The translations under genes were made by a program, and so were the position numbers. DNA of 64,000 nt from Aplysia californica. Lineage: Eukaryota. The stretch lies in contig NW_004797416.1 of NCBI RefSeq assembly GCF_000002075.1, forward strand, positions 624,027 to 688,026, written 5' to 3'. Positions 22,337 to 36,200 of this stretch are shown here, one piece after another. Below the pieces are notes generated by a model. It searched no databases. It worked only from the letters and a program-made list of their open reading frames with translations, and was not told the origin of the DNA. The number at the start of each line of letters is the position of its first letter. Position 1 is the stretch's first letter.

Positions 22337-23085
22337 TTTGTGTGCGTGTGTATGTGTGNNNNNNNNNNNNNNNNNNNNNNNNNNNNNNNNNNNNNNNNNN
22401 NNNNNNNNNNNNNNNNNNNNNNNNNNNNNNNNNNNNNNNNNNNNNNNNNNNNNNNNNNNNNNNNNNNNNNNNNNNNNNNNNNNNNNNNNNNNNNNNNNNN
22501 NNNNNNNNNNNNNNNNNNNNNNNNNNNNNNNNNNNNNGAGGGGGGTCATTTAGACACGGTCTGGAGAAAGGCACCCCAGAGGGACCAAATCACACTTTTA
22601 TGTGATTTGACCTATGAAAGTGGACACCAGATGCTCTACGACTCCCACGTAGTGAGGTGACAAGCTGGAACGTATGGATCAAGTGGTCGGGCCTCTTAGT
22701 CGCCTTCCTATGAACTCAGTTACAGAATCTGGCGTTTACATGTTTCCACCTAGCTGAACGTCGTTCATAGCAAAAGCCATTCCATAATCTCTAGACCAAA
22801 CCCTCATCCCTCATTTTCTTTTATAAAGTTGTTGAATTCTGGCTAGTCAAAAATCTGTGAATGGTGAGAGAGAAACACACAGCATTGAATATTGAAATTT
22901 CGGGGGTCAAGCCAACAATGAGAAATATGTGAAACGTGACGTTGTTGTTCTGCCTGTCCAAGGTGTGTGAGTAAGATTATAGAACCAAGAACTCCACTGA
23001 GTACATGTATTGTCTTGATAACTATTGCGTGGAAGAAACATCATAAAACAAATACAATAACAGAAACAAAGAATTCCATTAATTC

Positions 23086-23091
23086 TTTATT
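23086..23091 (-). terminator. Candidate polyadenylation signal of gene A
   Basis: AATAAA on the minus strand followed by a U/GU-rich tract (ttctttgtttctgttattgtatttgttttt). Another AATAAA lies at 24115-24120. Confidence 0.45.
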
Positions 23092-24304
23092 TTCACGCAA
23101 AATATTACGGATCATTGAACAATACTGCTTTCTCTACTTTTCTGGTGGGAAGTCTACTGGAGTCAAAATATTTTATAATTATGTAAGAAAAAAAAGAATA
23201 TTCTATATTTAGCACTTGAGGTGAAGTTATACGAAAGGAACTCTACTGCAAGCAATTCAGTAATATATAAAGTATGCCTTACAAGAATTTTAAGAATAAA
23301 ATACTGTTGTCTTGAGCTGAAACCATGCCTAGTTTATTTTTTAACGTACTCGACAGAAGAAGAAAAAGAGAAACGGCCGGAAGCTTTCACTTATTATGTG
23401 ACAGTGTGACGTAGAGACAGAAATCCCCCAACAGAACCTCTCAACTCTGTACAAAGGACATACAGGACAGTAATCTTGTGGTTGAACCGATGTTCATTAT
23501 AATGTCACTTCTGTGCCCACTTCTATTCATTCCCAATCACTGCCAGCAAGTCTTTTGAAAGAAAATTAAGCGTATGTCTTTTCTTACATGATCTTCTGAA
23601 CCAATTCTCTGATCTACCCTTCCTCATTCACTTTTCCGCTGAGTTATATAACCTCCAAATCCACCCAGGCCTGTTGAGTTAACAGGTTTATTTCTCGTGG
23701 TAAAGTTTCCCACCCAAAAAAACCCAAAACAACAACAACAGCAACAAAAACCCCGATAAACAAAACAACTTTCCCCACACTTCTGGCGTCCAAATTCATC
23801 AGTATCATTTTTCTATTTGTATGAATAAACACGACCTTGTAGCGCGTGTCACAGCTCACAGACAACATTCCGTGAACATCCGATAAGCTCACATGACAGG
23901 TTATACAACCGTTAAGAGAAAGCGACTACAGCAACAACAAAAATGAAATAGTAAAAGAGCAGTTTAAAGCTTTCCCAAGGACTGTCACTTTAGTCTCTCT
24001 TTCCCATTTGTGGATAAATACAAATCGAAACCCTCCTGAAAGAAAAGTTTTGGAGAAGAACAATGCTGAAGTTAAAGCCACTGAGAGTTGAGAGTAAAGT
24101 AATGATATTAAATCTTTATTGTAGTAATGCTGTTCATCTTTTATTATACAGACACATGAGTATCTGAATCTACTAAAGTTATAGAATTAATCATGAAAAT
24201 GTTTCTACGAATTCTGATTAGACGGCGCGGGGTATCGACGCATGAGAGGTGATGACATCACAAAAGCCTTGTTAACTCGGTCGGCATCGTGTCCTGCCGC
24301 AATT

Positions 24305-24327
24305 TCATTCCTCTGCATTGGCTGTCT
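24305..24327 (-). CDS. Gene A terminal coding exon (ETANAEE*)
   Basis: ttacttccaacag|AG acceptor fits phase 1; TGA at 24307-24305. If this intron is retained, a stop follows at 24952-24950. Confidence 0.6.
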
Positions 24328-27300
24328 CTGTTGGAAGTAAAGCAAATTGAATATCACAGTAAACTATTACATAGTAAACTCACGGGCGCACTGGTATTAT
24401 AAGTCTCAGTAAAACAATTAACCTAGCCTGAGGAGATTCTATATATGAATGTACATAATGTACCCCCCCCCCCCACTCTCCAATACATAGCAATATACAG
24501 AGGCAGAAATAGGTAGTTATATAGTGCACAGTAAGAATGGACAACAGACTGCTCTTTAGCACTATATTCAATTTTACTTCAACTGGGCTGAGAGCTATAT
24601 TCCTTAGAACTTTCTCTCTCCTAGTCCCTTATCACTCCATTATCAATTACCAAAAAAGTAGCCAGAAGCATTACTACAATATATAATGTGTGTGTGTACA
24701 TATACATATACTATATTATATACATATACTATACATGTATACATAATGTTTATATACAAATTATGTACCTTGTCTGAACGGCCACCTCAGGAAGAAAAAA
24801 ATGGTTGTCTTAGAAAGGTGTGGACACCTTACACGGTGCCATTTTAGAGTAAAATAATCGCAAAGGGAAAATGGAACGGTGCTGTTTGTACAGGTGATTG
24901 CATTATACAGGTGGCCCTTATAGCAGATTCTACTGTATATACACAATCCTCAGCAAGGGGCTCTCCTCTCACCGATTTCCTTGAGCCTGGCCACGGTCAT
25001 CTTGCGCACCTCCACCAGGGTGACTTGCACGTCAAAGTCCTTCTCCAGGAGTTGCTTCATCTCCACGCCCATTAGAGAGTCCAGACCCAGGGTGCCCAGA
25101 GTGACGTCATCAGCAAGATTATCCATGGTGTTCATACCTGGGAGGAAAAAAGACTTGGCATGAGAGAGATACCAGTGACACGTTGTGTACAGGGCTTTCC
25201 ACCAAGATTATGTCCATTGAGCTTAATTTCTTTATCTTTTTCTTTTTTTGTGGGGGGGGGGGGGATAACACAAGAAGGGAAAAAAGAACCGTGATAAACC
25301 AGAAACTAAATGCATTTGTCCATTTCTTTACGACTGTGTTTGTTACTTGACATGTTTTTGTTTTTTTAAATCTGGGACTGGTTCTCTGCCATTTGTACAC
25401 TTCCAAGTGGAATGAATAAAGCAGTGTGTCCATCTATGATGCATGTATGTACGTGTGAACACACATTATTAAGTCTATGCATAAAAGGGTGCTATATTTT
25501 ATGTGAGAACTGAATGTGGCAAAAACATAATGAGAGTTGAAATTATTATAGTATTATCTATGAGGTGCAGGAAAGCTTCAGTGTTAGTTTAAGCGTACTT
25601 TTGAGAGTGTCACTCACCAAAGACCTTGCAGGTGGCAGCCATGAGAGACTTTTTGGCTCCTCCTGCTCCAGCACTTCTTCCCTCCTGATTTTTCTGTAGA
25701 GACACGGGCTGGTGGGAGGCGACCACGTCTTGATTCTTCAGAAGCAGGAAAGTGTCCATGCAGTGCAGACATGAGTCAATCTTTTGAATGCCCAGGCCCA
25801 TGGCTAAAGGGAAAACGGTGAAAGTCGATATCACATAAAAAGAAGATATATTTCTTTGTCGTGAATAAAGACAATCTGGACACAGAAAAGGATGTCTTGG
25901 TGAAGCAGTGGCTTCTGAAACAAGACATCAGGCCAAAATAATGGTTGCATGTGTAAACCAAAGTGACAGTCGCAAATGTTCAGATCAAACCTACGCCAGA
26001 AGGATGCTCAAGGAGTTCCAGGATTTACTATTTTAAAAAATATAGTAAAAAAATTAAAATGGAAATTATACCTCTTTCCTAAAAAATATCCAAGACAGAA
26101 TAATGTTTATGGTATAGTTAAAGATGGGCTGGAAATACAGCTATAAGCAATACTTAAATACTATTTAGAGATCTACGTTGCATCTTAAGATGTTGAACGG
26201 TCTATATGACATAAGTACCTATGAAAAGCTGGACCTTTGTAAAGGGTTTAACACAGAAAAATATTGCGACTCCATTTCAAAACATTAAATTCTGGACGTG
26301 TCTAGGGTGATTTAGAAATTATGATATTGTTTTTGAAGTGCAGGGAAATTCATCCCGTTGATCTGAGATACAAAGGTACTGAAACTTGTTCATAGTTTAC
26401 TTAATTTCAAGCACACCATACACATTACTCGGTATCACTGCTGAAATCACCGCAGTACGATATACACAATGGCTTGAGAAAGATTAACGACAGTTGGTGA
26501 TTGAGGGTGCGGTGGCGGCGCGGTTGGGGCGCTCGTCTCCGAAGCGGAAAGTCCGGGTTCGAGTCTCGGTTCGGACACGGATATTTTTCGTCCCCTCCTG
26601 CCCACCCAGCAGTAATGGGTACCTGACTTCAGTTCGGGAAGTAAAGGCGGGGTGGAAAGGAACTGGCCATCCTACCACAATATGTCGAAGGCTCGAACCC
26701 GGACTTTCCGCTTCGGAGAGGTTATATGCAACTTAATTGTATTCCTTGCAAGGACGTTCACTCGTGGACTACTCCGATGATCATTGCTATGGAAAGCCTG
26801 TTACTTGTGGATGGCAAGTATGGCTGCAGACATTCATTTTGAAGGCATCATTGATCTTTAAGAAATGACCTTAAAAATCAGAGGTTTTAGAACATCGAGA
26901 GTTAGGTAGTTATAACTAAACAGGTTATAAAAGCTACCCTGACATTGGAGAAACAGTTAAAACATTTTTACAGTCAACTAGGCTTCACGTGCCTCAATGA
27001 ACCTATTTTTCAGGAGATGCAGCTGTTATGGTATTTTATGTTGCCTTGTAATCGTGTAGCATCAAGCTGGAACCGTAAAGCTTGGTCAGTGCTTTTGTTA
27101 TCAAATAGAGCGAAAGCACTAACGCCCTGCGGAGTAGGAACAAACTTTTATAACTAATTCTACCTTCAAAAGTGGCCACCATGGCCTGTCCCTCTCGTTC
27201 AAAGCCAGTCTTGACCATGAAGGCTCCCACGTCACCCACGGCACCCCACTGGATGGCCATACCTACAAGAGAGAGAGAGAGAAGGTGCAAAATCCAGGGC

Positions 27301-30300
27301 AGAAAACGAGTAACGGACAAAGACTATAGAAGAAGCATTTGGACTATAGTAATTACTGTATCAACAGATACCATTGGCAGGAGAGAGGTAGCATACAGAT
27401 TCCAAAGCCAGGACAGAGGATAATCAAGCTACATTTACTTTTGTTGCTATTAAACCATTTGGCACATACTTCTATGTACTATGCTAGAGCGCAATAAAAA
27501 TGAACATAATAAAACAGAGAAATATAAATGCAGGAAATATTTGTCACGACGTGGTGGAACCAGGCACTCGTCATGTTTAGACATGTAGAGTTATTAGTAT
27601 TATTTCAAAGCTTATTAATTTGTCTTACTTTCAATGGAAAAAATAGTCAACTATCTTGAAAAAGTCGAAATATTTGCTATTGAAGGAGGTGAGGGTCACC
27701 TAGTTTCAGAAGTAAAATCAGCGAGCGAATGGCCGCCAAAGTTTGGCGACTTCCAAAGCTTGAGAGTCCTAAGAAACTGCAAAGTTACATTTTTTGTCTT
27801 AAATCAACCTTTTTCTGCAAGTTCCAAACATAAATTGTGTTTTTAAATGAACCTTATAGGTGTCAAGTCCACAAACAAACAAAATTGATCAAAAATATCA
27901 AATAGAGAGAAAAATGCCAGTTTCTTCAATTTCATTATTTTGACGAACACCGGATTTCACCATGATGCCTCAAATATTAGTATTGGGTCTTTGTGGTATA
28001 TTTTCTCCGGCAGACAAACAACCAGAAATGTCAAAACCCAGGAAGGAAGGGAAACAATGTTAAAAACAGTAACTTGACCAACAGACCCACCTGGCAGCCC
28101 GTCAGCTTTCCTCTTCTCACACGTTCTCTCCATCACGGAGTTTCCAAACCCGTAGTTTGTCTGTGCGGCGTTACCCCAGCCTGAGGCCATGCTGGAAAAG
28201 GGCACAAACCACCGAAGTTCTGACCCACACAGCTCACGAGACGCCTGGTCCATGAAGATTGTATCGTTGATTTTACTGTTGGCCGCTTCAGAGAATGTTT
28301 CACGATTCAGTTGGGAAAGGAAACGGTCATGCAGAACCTGAACACAGAGGAAGAAATAAGTGTATACTACAACGATGTACATGAGCAGATGCCTTCAAAT
28401 CCAGGAACATTAGTGTGAGTCCAGAAATACAAGAGTTTTAGACCTAAAATACATTCTGTGACTTTCGAAAAACATGGTTATTGGTGTTAACAAGTGGGTG
28501 CAAATATGAAACTGAGAACGAGAAGGGTTATTTCTTACACACTATAACATTGCAATCCTTTAGCCTTCCTTATTTAAAAGCATCTTTACTGAAAAAGGTT
28601 TGTTGAAAGCTGAAGTTGTTCTGAAACGACAGCAATATAATGTCATACAGGGTACAGACTCCTCGCATTTCAGAATGTCCGAGCCTATTGTTACTTTCAC
28701 GACTACGATTGAAATGAATACTGACACACTATAAACGTACCAGAGAGAGTACAAAAATGCCTCCTACAGGTCCCATCTGCTGAGCTTGCTGTATAAGTGC
28801 ACGTGCATCAGCGGTGGACTTGAGCGTGGTGGTCACCACAGAGATGTTAGCTTTGTAGTTCTCTCGGAGGATCTTGATCTTGTGCTCCTGGTAGCCATTG
28901 CTCACACCACGCCTAGAGCCATACAGCAGAAGGGACAGGGTGTAAACACGGGAAGGTAAGTCGAGTTGGAGAGGGCTAACAAAGTCGATAGAAAGAAGAA
29001 GATCGTATAATGCTGAAAAAATGGTGAAATGGTATAAGTTTAACGCCTCTATCAACATTTGTAGTTTTTAAGAGGGGAGACTTTCGAGTTTAACGTCCAA
29101 CTCCGAAAGGACCGAGCTAAATAGGAAATTTGGGTAAAGCACTTTTCTAAAGGACACAAAGTTGGACCTAGCTGAGGCTCGAACCCCCCCCCCCCCCCCT
29201 CGAACCAGCAAAATCATGATTTCGGGTCCTTAGCCAAACCTCTAGGCTAATAACGACACCACTTAATATTAGAACAAAGTGTTATTCTCCTCAATTCCAC
29301 CCCCCCCCCCCTACTTTTCAGCGTTAGCACGTAAGACTTAGTGCTTCAATGACTACATTTCTACACCAGTAGCCACGTCTATTAAGATCGCTGTCGCTGA
29401 GAAACTCAGGCATTATTTCATCTCCTCTTCTATTCCGAACTAAATACTGGAGGGTAAGGCTTCTACCTGATTGTAACCAATCGATGAGGTCAGGAACTTT
29501 GACCTGAGTGGAAGTCTTATAACGCACTTTTAAAAACAAAAGCAAGTTCTCTAAAACACACCTGGAGGTGAGCACGATGTTCCTGGCACCCCTCTGCACC
29601 AGCCAGTGTGTTAGTTCCAGTCCAAACCCTCCAAGGCCACCACACAAGATGTACACTTTCCTGGGGTCACAGGTCGCACGCGGGTTAACAGGAAGACTCA
29701 AGGGGTGAGAGAGGAAACGGTTGTAGGACTCCTCCTCGCGAACCTAACACGGGTAAAATGGGACTAAATTGAATCTCAATCGATAAAAAAGCCCCAAAAG
29801 AGAGCACAACAACAAATAAGTGATTGGACAGATGGCTGAGTGTACATCCGGTACCAGTTGGCCAGATCCAACTCAGGAGAGCTGCTTTAAAAGCTCAAAA
29901 TGTTGTAAAAGAGAAACCTTAAACAGTCAAAATCTCATTGGAAAGAGATACTTAAAACACTGAAATTCTCATTGAAGAAAGGTACTTAAAACCTCAAAAC
30001 TTCTGGAGAGAGCCATTTAAAACACTCATAACCTCAAAAGAAAGCTTCCTAAAACACTCAAAAGCTCATGATTAATGAGCCATGTTTTCCCATAAGTAGA
30101 GAACTTTCAAATTCCTTTTCCTGCCCATTGAATTTGAGACCCTCATACTCAAATAGACATATGCACAGGTAATTTCAGGTGTTGCTGATACAGGTACTCG
30201 TTGCAAAAGGAGCCTCCCACAGACGGTAACATGTTATGCTTTTGTCCGGCTTGAAAGTGAAAGTCTTCCGAGGCAATGTGAACAAAACATACAGATGAGC

Positions 30301-33172
30301 GATGGGGACAGCTTTTTCTTGTGTTGTATTTCCCCGAATCTGAGTTTCAGTATCTTTTCATTCATGCATATTATTTCATCTTCCAAGAAAAAGATTTTCG
30401 CATTCTGACATTTTCCATAAATATATCTCACAACGTAATTTTGTCTAATACAAAACGTAACTTACCTGTTATCTAGAAAAAAAATGTAATATACATGAGC
30501 ATTCACTCTTGGTGTGTGGATATGTGCATGTGTTTCAAAGTTACATGAGGTACCTCAATGACGACTTTTCCAAGCACCCTGTTCTCTGAAGCGGCTTGGA
30601 AGGCCTGGCTGATCTGCGCGGCCTCGTAAACGGTGGCACCGATGGGCTTGATAACTCCTCCTTCCAAGTCCTTGCCAACACACTGGATGAGCTTGGCATG
30701 GCTGGCCTTGTCGTTGAGGATGACCACTGTGTCTACACGTGTGTACGTCATGTTCTTCTGCATCAGTTTGGCCGCTGCAGACCACACAGGGATAACAGTT
30801 TGGGACATGAGGGACAATACAGTTTGCAAAATAGAACACCAGGACATTTGATCAGCGTGTCACAGCGATAGCTAAGATATACAACAGTTGATGACAGCAA
30901 GGATACCGTTTATGTGTATACGAGTCTGCAAGAGTTCGGAGGATGCCTTCATACATACATTATATCAATGTGCTACAGGAAGGGAACATTAAAATAAAAC
31001 AATTTGTGAAATCAAGGACGACTATATACGGTGCATGTCGCTTTACGTCCTTCCCAGCTGTCCACAAGAGTCACAATAAAACACTATTGCAAAAAGTACT
31101 GATGCAGGAGGTTCTAGTTTTCTGCACAAACTTGCTTTGTGAGAGATGTTTTATGGAAAATGTCAGAATGCGGGAATCTATTTCCTGAAGGACAAAATTA
31201 TACGATTGACTGAAAAGACACTGAACGAGGTGACTCACCGAAAGCTTCCACAACCTTGCTGGTGTTGGTGCGTCCCATCTCCACGTACTGACCGGAGCTG
31301 CCCAACGAGAAGACACTTTCCTCAAACAGTTCGTCATTGGCGAAAGGACTCAGAACCACGTCCACACCTGCAGCCAGCAATATACACGGCNNNNNNNNNN
31401 NNNNNNNNNNNNNNNNNNNNNNNNNNNNNNNNNNNNNNNNNNNNNNNNNNNNNNNNNNNNNNNNNNNNNNNNNNNNNNNNNNNNNNNNNNNNNNNNNNNN
31501 NNNNNNNNNNNNNNNNNNNNNTGGGGTGAAAATTTGAGACAAAGGAGAAACTAATCCTGACCAATAATACAGTAATGAGGACTAACCTAGGTCACATTTC
31601 ATTATGACACCAGTGAGTGTAGCTTTGTTTCTGTTAACACTCTACACAAACCTTTCTGTGTCCTTAGGAGTGGCCGGTTTCATTATATTTTTGCTCTTAT
31701 AAACACAAGGATATTTTCAAAGTGACTTTTAGCTGTCAGTGGTGACAGAAACTGAAGATTCAGTACAAATACACCTTAAATACACTAGTCACAGCGATCA
31801 CAGCATGTCTATACCAAGTGTTCAGTATGAAAAGCTTTTGCAAACTCTCTAGTCAAACTGACATCATGACAAATGATTTTGACCTCTGTTGCAGTTCCTT
31901 TTTCACCCATCCCATGATCTTCAGTCTAATCGTATACCCTCAGCTACGCTCGTCACTTTAATATCACGGCAGGCATATCCGTACCTTCACCACTGGTCAA
32001 TTTCTCAATGCCGTCAGTAATGCTAAGTTCTTGTCTCCGGAATATGATGTGAGACTCTGCTAGTTTGGGGAAATATTTCCTCACATACTTCCTCTCCTCT
32101 TCTGACTCGACTGTGGTGAAGACAATGGCGCCGACACTGAGAGCTGTTCGGATGGCAGCCTGGGGGGAGGGGGGATGCATATGAGTAAAATATAGCCACA
32201 GCAGCCGGATCTTTCTTTTTTTAGGGGGGGGGGGGGGTGACAGAGAATGATGTATCTCTCCACAAACATACTTCACATCTATTTTTTTTAAGTCTCACTG
32301 TGATAAAGTAAAAAATAAACTATAATGCCTGTACAGAAACAACTGAACAATGTTTCCGGTGGATACGACGAACACGAAAGCTGAACATTATCACCTATAG
32401 ACATGACCCCCCCCCCCCCACTACACACACACAAACATACACACACAAACATACACACGCGCGCAAACACACATGGGCACATTACCAAACTTATACACAT
32501 TTTTACATCCTTTCACATAAACAGCTGCACACAGCCAAATNNNNNNNNNNNNNNNNNNNNNNNNNNNNNNNNNNNNNNNNNNNNNNNNNNNNNNNNNNNN
32601 NNNNNNNNNNNNNNNNNNNNNNNNNNNNNNNNNNNNNNNNNNNNNNNNNNNNNNNNNNNNNNNNNNNNNNNACCTACTGTCCAAGACTCTATGACCTCGA
32701 AAAAAAATAACTTCTGCAAATTGGCCAGGATCTACACCAAATTTGAGAGGACCTTCGTTTGACTCCATAATCTATGCTCAAATTTGAACTGGTCAGATGA
32801 GCCTGTTTCATCAGCAATGTCTTGGAGTAACCGAGAAAAGGCCTTTTGCGTTAGAAAATACGCTGAATTTAAATTTGATAAAAAGCTTCAAGCCAGTTAT
32901 TGGGGGAAATAGGAGTTGATTCGAGATCAAGACCTGGTGCACCTTTGAAAAATCAGTTCAGGGCGTTACAATCAGTTCAAGGTGCGCGAATTTCTGTCAA
33001 AAAGCCTTGATTACGGGAGGGAGTAAGCATAAACAAACCATGGGACACCCTGAACACGCACAAAGCATTTGAACAGTGTCATTTGCAGACATTGCGTTTC
33101 CAGCCCTTTTGCCACCCACCCGCTCCCCCCTCCCAAAAAACGAGCGCACACACACACACAAATACACAAACG

Positions 33173-33258
<86 letters not shown>

Positions 33259-36200
33259 AACGCGCTCGCGCACATACACACAGAGCAGGACTTACTGTGC
33301 CCATGGCCGTGGCGCCCGAATGTATAAGAATCGTTTGTCCCTCTCTCAACGGATTCTTCACCACAAGAGCGTAGTAGACCGAGAAGTAGGCGTACGGTAC
33401 AGAGGCTGCGTCCTTCATGGTCCAACTGTCAGGAAGGTCCACAGCGAGACCTCGTGAGTAGTTGACACCAGTGGACAAAGCCTGAAGGATTGGGACATGG
33501 GAGGTTTTAATACGAGTTTTGCTACACTTGCAACACAAATAGGTCATATAAGTGTCGACATGAGAGGTGAAACAGTGTCTTATGGACGAAGGTTCGTAAC
33601 AATGCTCAATCAATCCCTATGAAATAAAAGATATTGTAAGGCTTCACCACAAACAGTGTATAATTATGTGGATAAATGTGTAATATGAATGATAAACACA
33701 GATGCCAAGATGACAAATCATGGTTACTAAAATATTAAGTAACAGTAAACCTATAAAGAAAATGTTAATTCAGCATTTGGTGGTTTATAAACATTATCTA
33801 CAGTAACGCATTTTATAAGGAAGTATACACGTAAATGAGTGCCAAATACGTCGGAATGAAGCATCATGCTGCATGAGCCAACGGAGCGCAAACACTAAAA
33901 GCCCAAAGGCTATACTGTGACAGTATCGCTTCCACTCATCGGCTTACCAAACCAGGGACAAGACCAATAACTCTAGTTCCGTTGACACGTCTGCCCACAA
34001 ACTCGTAGCCGAAGAGACCATGATTGAAACGCCACTGAAGGTCTGCTGTCTTGGGAATTTTTCCTGGCATGAAACAGATCACGGTGGAATCAGTCAATTT
34101 GAAAACCATACTTTTTTTTATCAGAAAATGCCATCGACTTTTTTGTGCACATTTAAAGTTTATGAATTTACGAACACATCGCTTTACAGTTTTGAACATA
34201 GAATAAGGCAATGTGCGATTTCAAAGGACCATGAAAGTGAATCTAAAACTCAGCAAAAATGACGACAAGTGACAAAGTAATTTTACTCTATATAGATATT
34301 CATACACTATTTCAGTAATCTCTGTGCCAGAAATGTTGAGCTCTGGCCTGAAACTTATGAACGCTGAAGACATTATATAACTTTACAAGGTAAAATTGAA
34401 GTAATTTCCAACGCTGAATGATAGTAATAAGGCTCAAACATACAAACATGAATCAAATAAGATCAAAGAAATTTGCCCCCTCTAGTAAAACTACAAGTGA
34501 CGAACAGCTACTAGGTAAGAACTCTAGCACTTATGCAAAGACCCACTCTGTGCACCAGATCTAGAGAAAATCAATACAAATAGACTGCAAATATCTCACA
34601 TTCGTGCGTGAGAATAATTTAATTTTTCAGACCACAAAATCTGAACAATACTTGGAAGGTATAAAATAGAAAGAGGTAACTGGTATCAAATATACAATTT
34701 TGAAGAAGGATTTTTGAGTCATATAACCAAAAAATAACATTTCATTGTTTATACAAAAGACATTTTGATGAGTTATCGAAAAGATTAGGGATTTATTCTT
34801 TTAATTTGTCCATGGATGACTCTTTAGAAAATGAGATTTATACAATTTCAAAAGCAGAAAATATTACAAGACCGCATGCATGAAACATTTGCCACGCAAA
34901 AACATAACTTTTGTTTTAATGTCATCTTACTTTAGCTTCTGACTTTTGCCAGCAACTATATACAGGTGTGCGTAGACCTACCATGAGCACACAGTATATC
35001 TCTGTCATTGAGAGCGCTGTAGTAGACCGAGCAGAATTTGTCGTTGTCTCTCTCCATGAAATCATCAGTGGCTAGCATCTCCTTTCCACTGCTGGTCCAC
35101 CGGGCACTGCTTGGATCTCCAATCACAGGCACAGTCACATAGGCATCCGCGGCCCGGGCAGAGTTCTTGAAAGATGCTGAAAAGTGGAGAAGATAAAAAA
35201 TTAAGCGCATGTTCCCAAGTTCCTTACCTAGAGGTCTGTCTCTATCTGTGTTATTTGACATAGTTGTCTGTAACATTAAGTCGCACCCTTCTTGGGGCTC
35301 TTTACAGCCATTTAGCTTTGTTCCTCCCACTTCATTACAAGCTGTCTTTCATCATGAGCGAGATGTAATGATACTAAACAGATAATCAATGTAATGTCTT
35401 ATTGTGGGCATGTGCACGACCACAAGTATTAATGTATGTGTGTGTTTGTTTATTTGTTTGTTTGTTTATGCCTATTACGTGGACGTGAGACTCACTGTCC
35501 AGGGGTTTGCGGGCAAAGAATCCCCAACGCCCATCCCTGAAGACATTTTGGTACAGGTCCAGACCGACCACCGTCTTCTGGAGTCGCTCGATGGACAAAT
35601 CAGCTTTGTCAGTGGTCTCTTCCAAGTTACTGCAGAGAGCAAACCTCACTTTGTCACCTCCAGGCTCTTTGCGCAGACACTGATTGCGGGGAGAGTAAAG
35701 TTCAAAGGTCAGTCGACGGGGAGATATGGAAAGAGTGGGAAGAGAAACAGAAGTGTATTGCTCAGTAATGTGGGTAGAAACAGCAAGGAGTGAAAGGAAA
35801 CAATATTACTATACTAAGGTTGTTAAAGGCCATTGCCCGATTGCCTGATGCAGACAAACGTTGCCGATATGCTTGTAGAATATATTATACTGAAGTTGCC
35901 TAGCTTAACAGATTATATTTAGGAGACATTTAGATCCATTTTATCTAGAAGCCTGATAATCTTATCCAAATGGGGTTATCTAAATTACAAAGACCGGTTG
36001 AGTCATGTAAGATGAAAGCAAAACGAAATGTCTGGCAAGAAACACAGAGAAAAATCCTGCTTTAAGTAAAATATTGCAACTGGGTTGATTCATTTCACAG
36101 AACCTCAGCAACTGAAATGCGTGTATGAAATACCAAATGGCCGTGGGGTAGGCAGTTGCATACCTGTGGTTTACTTGAAAGAAGAAGGCAAGGACTACAG

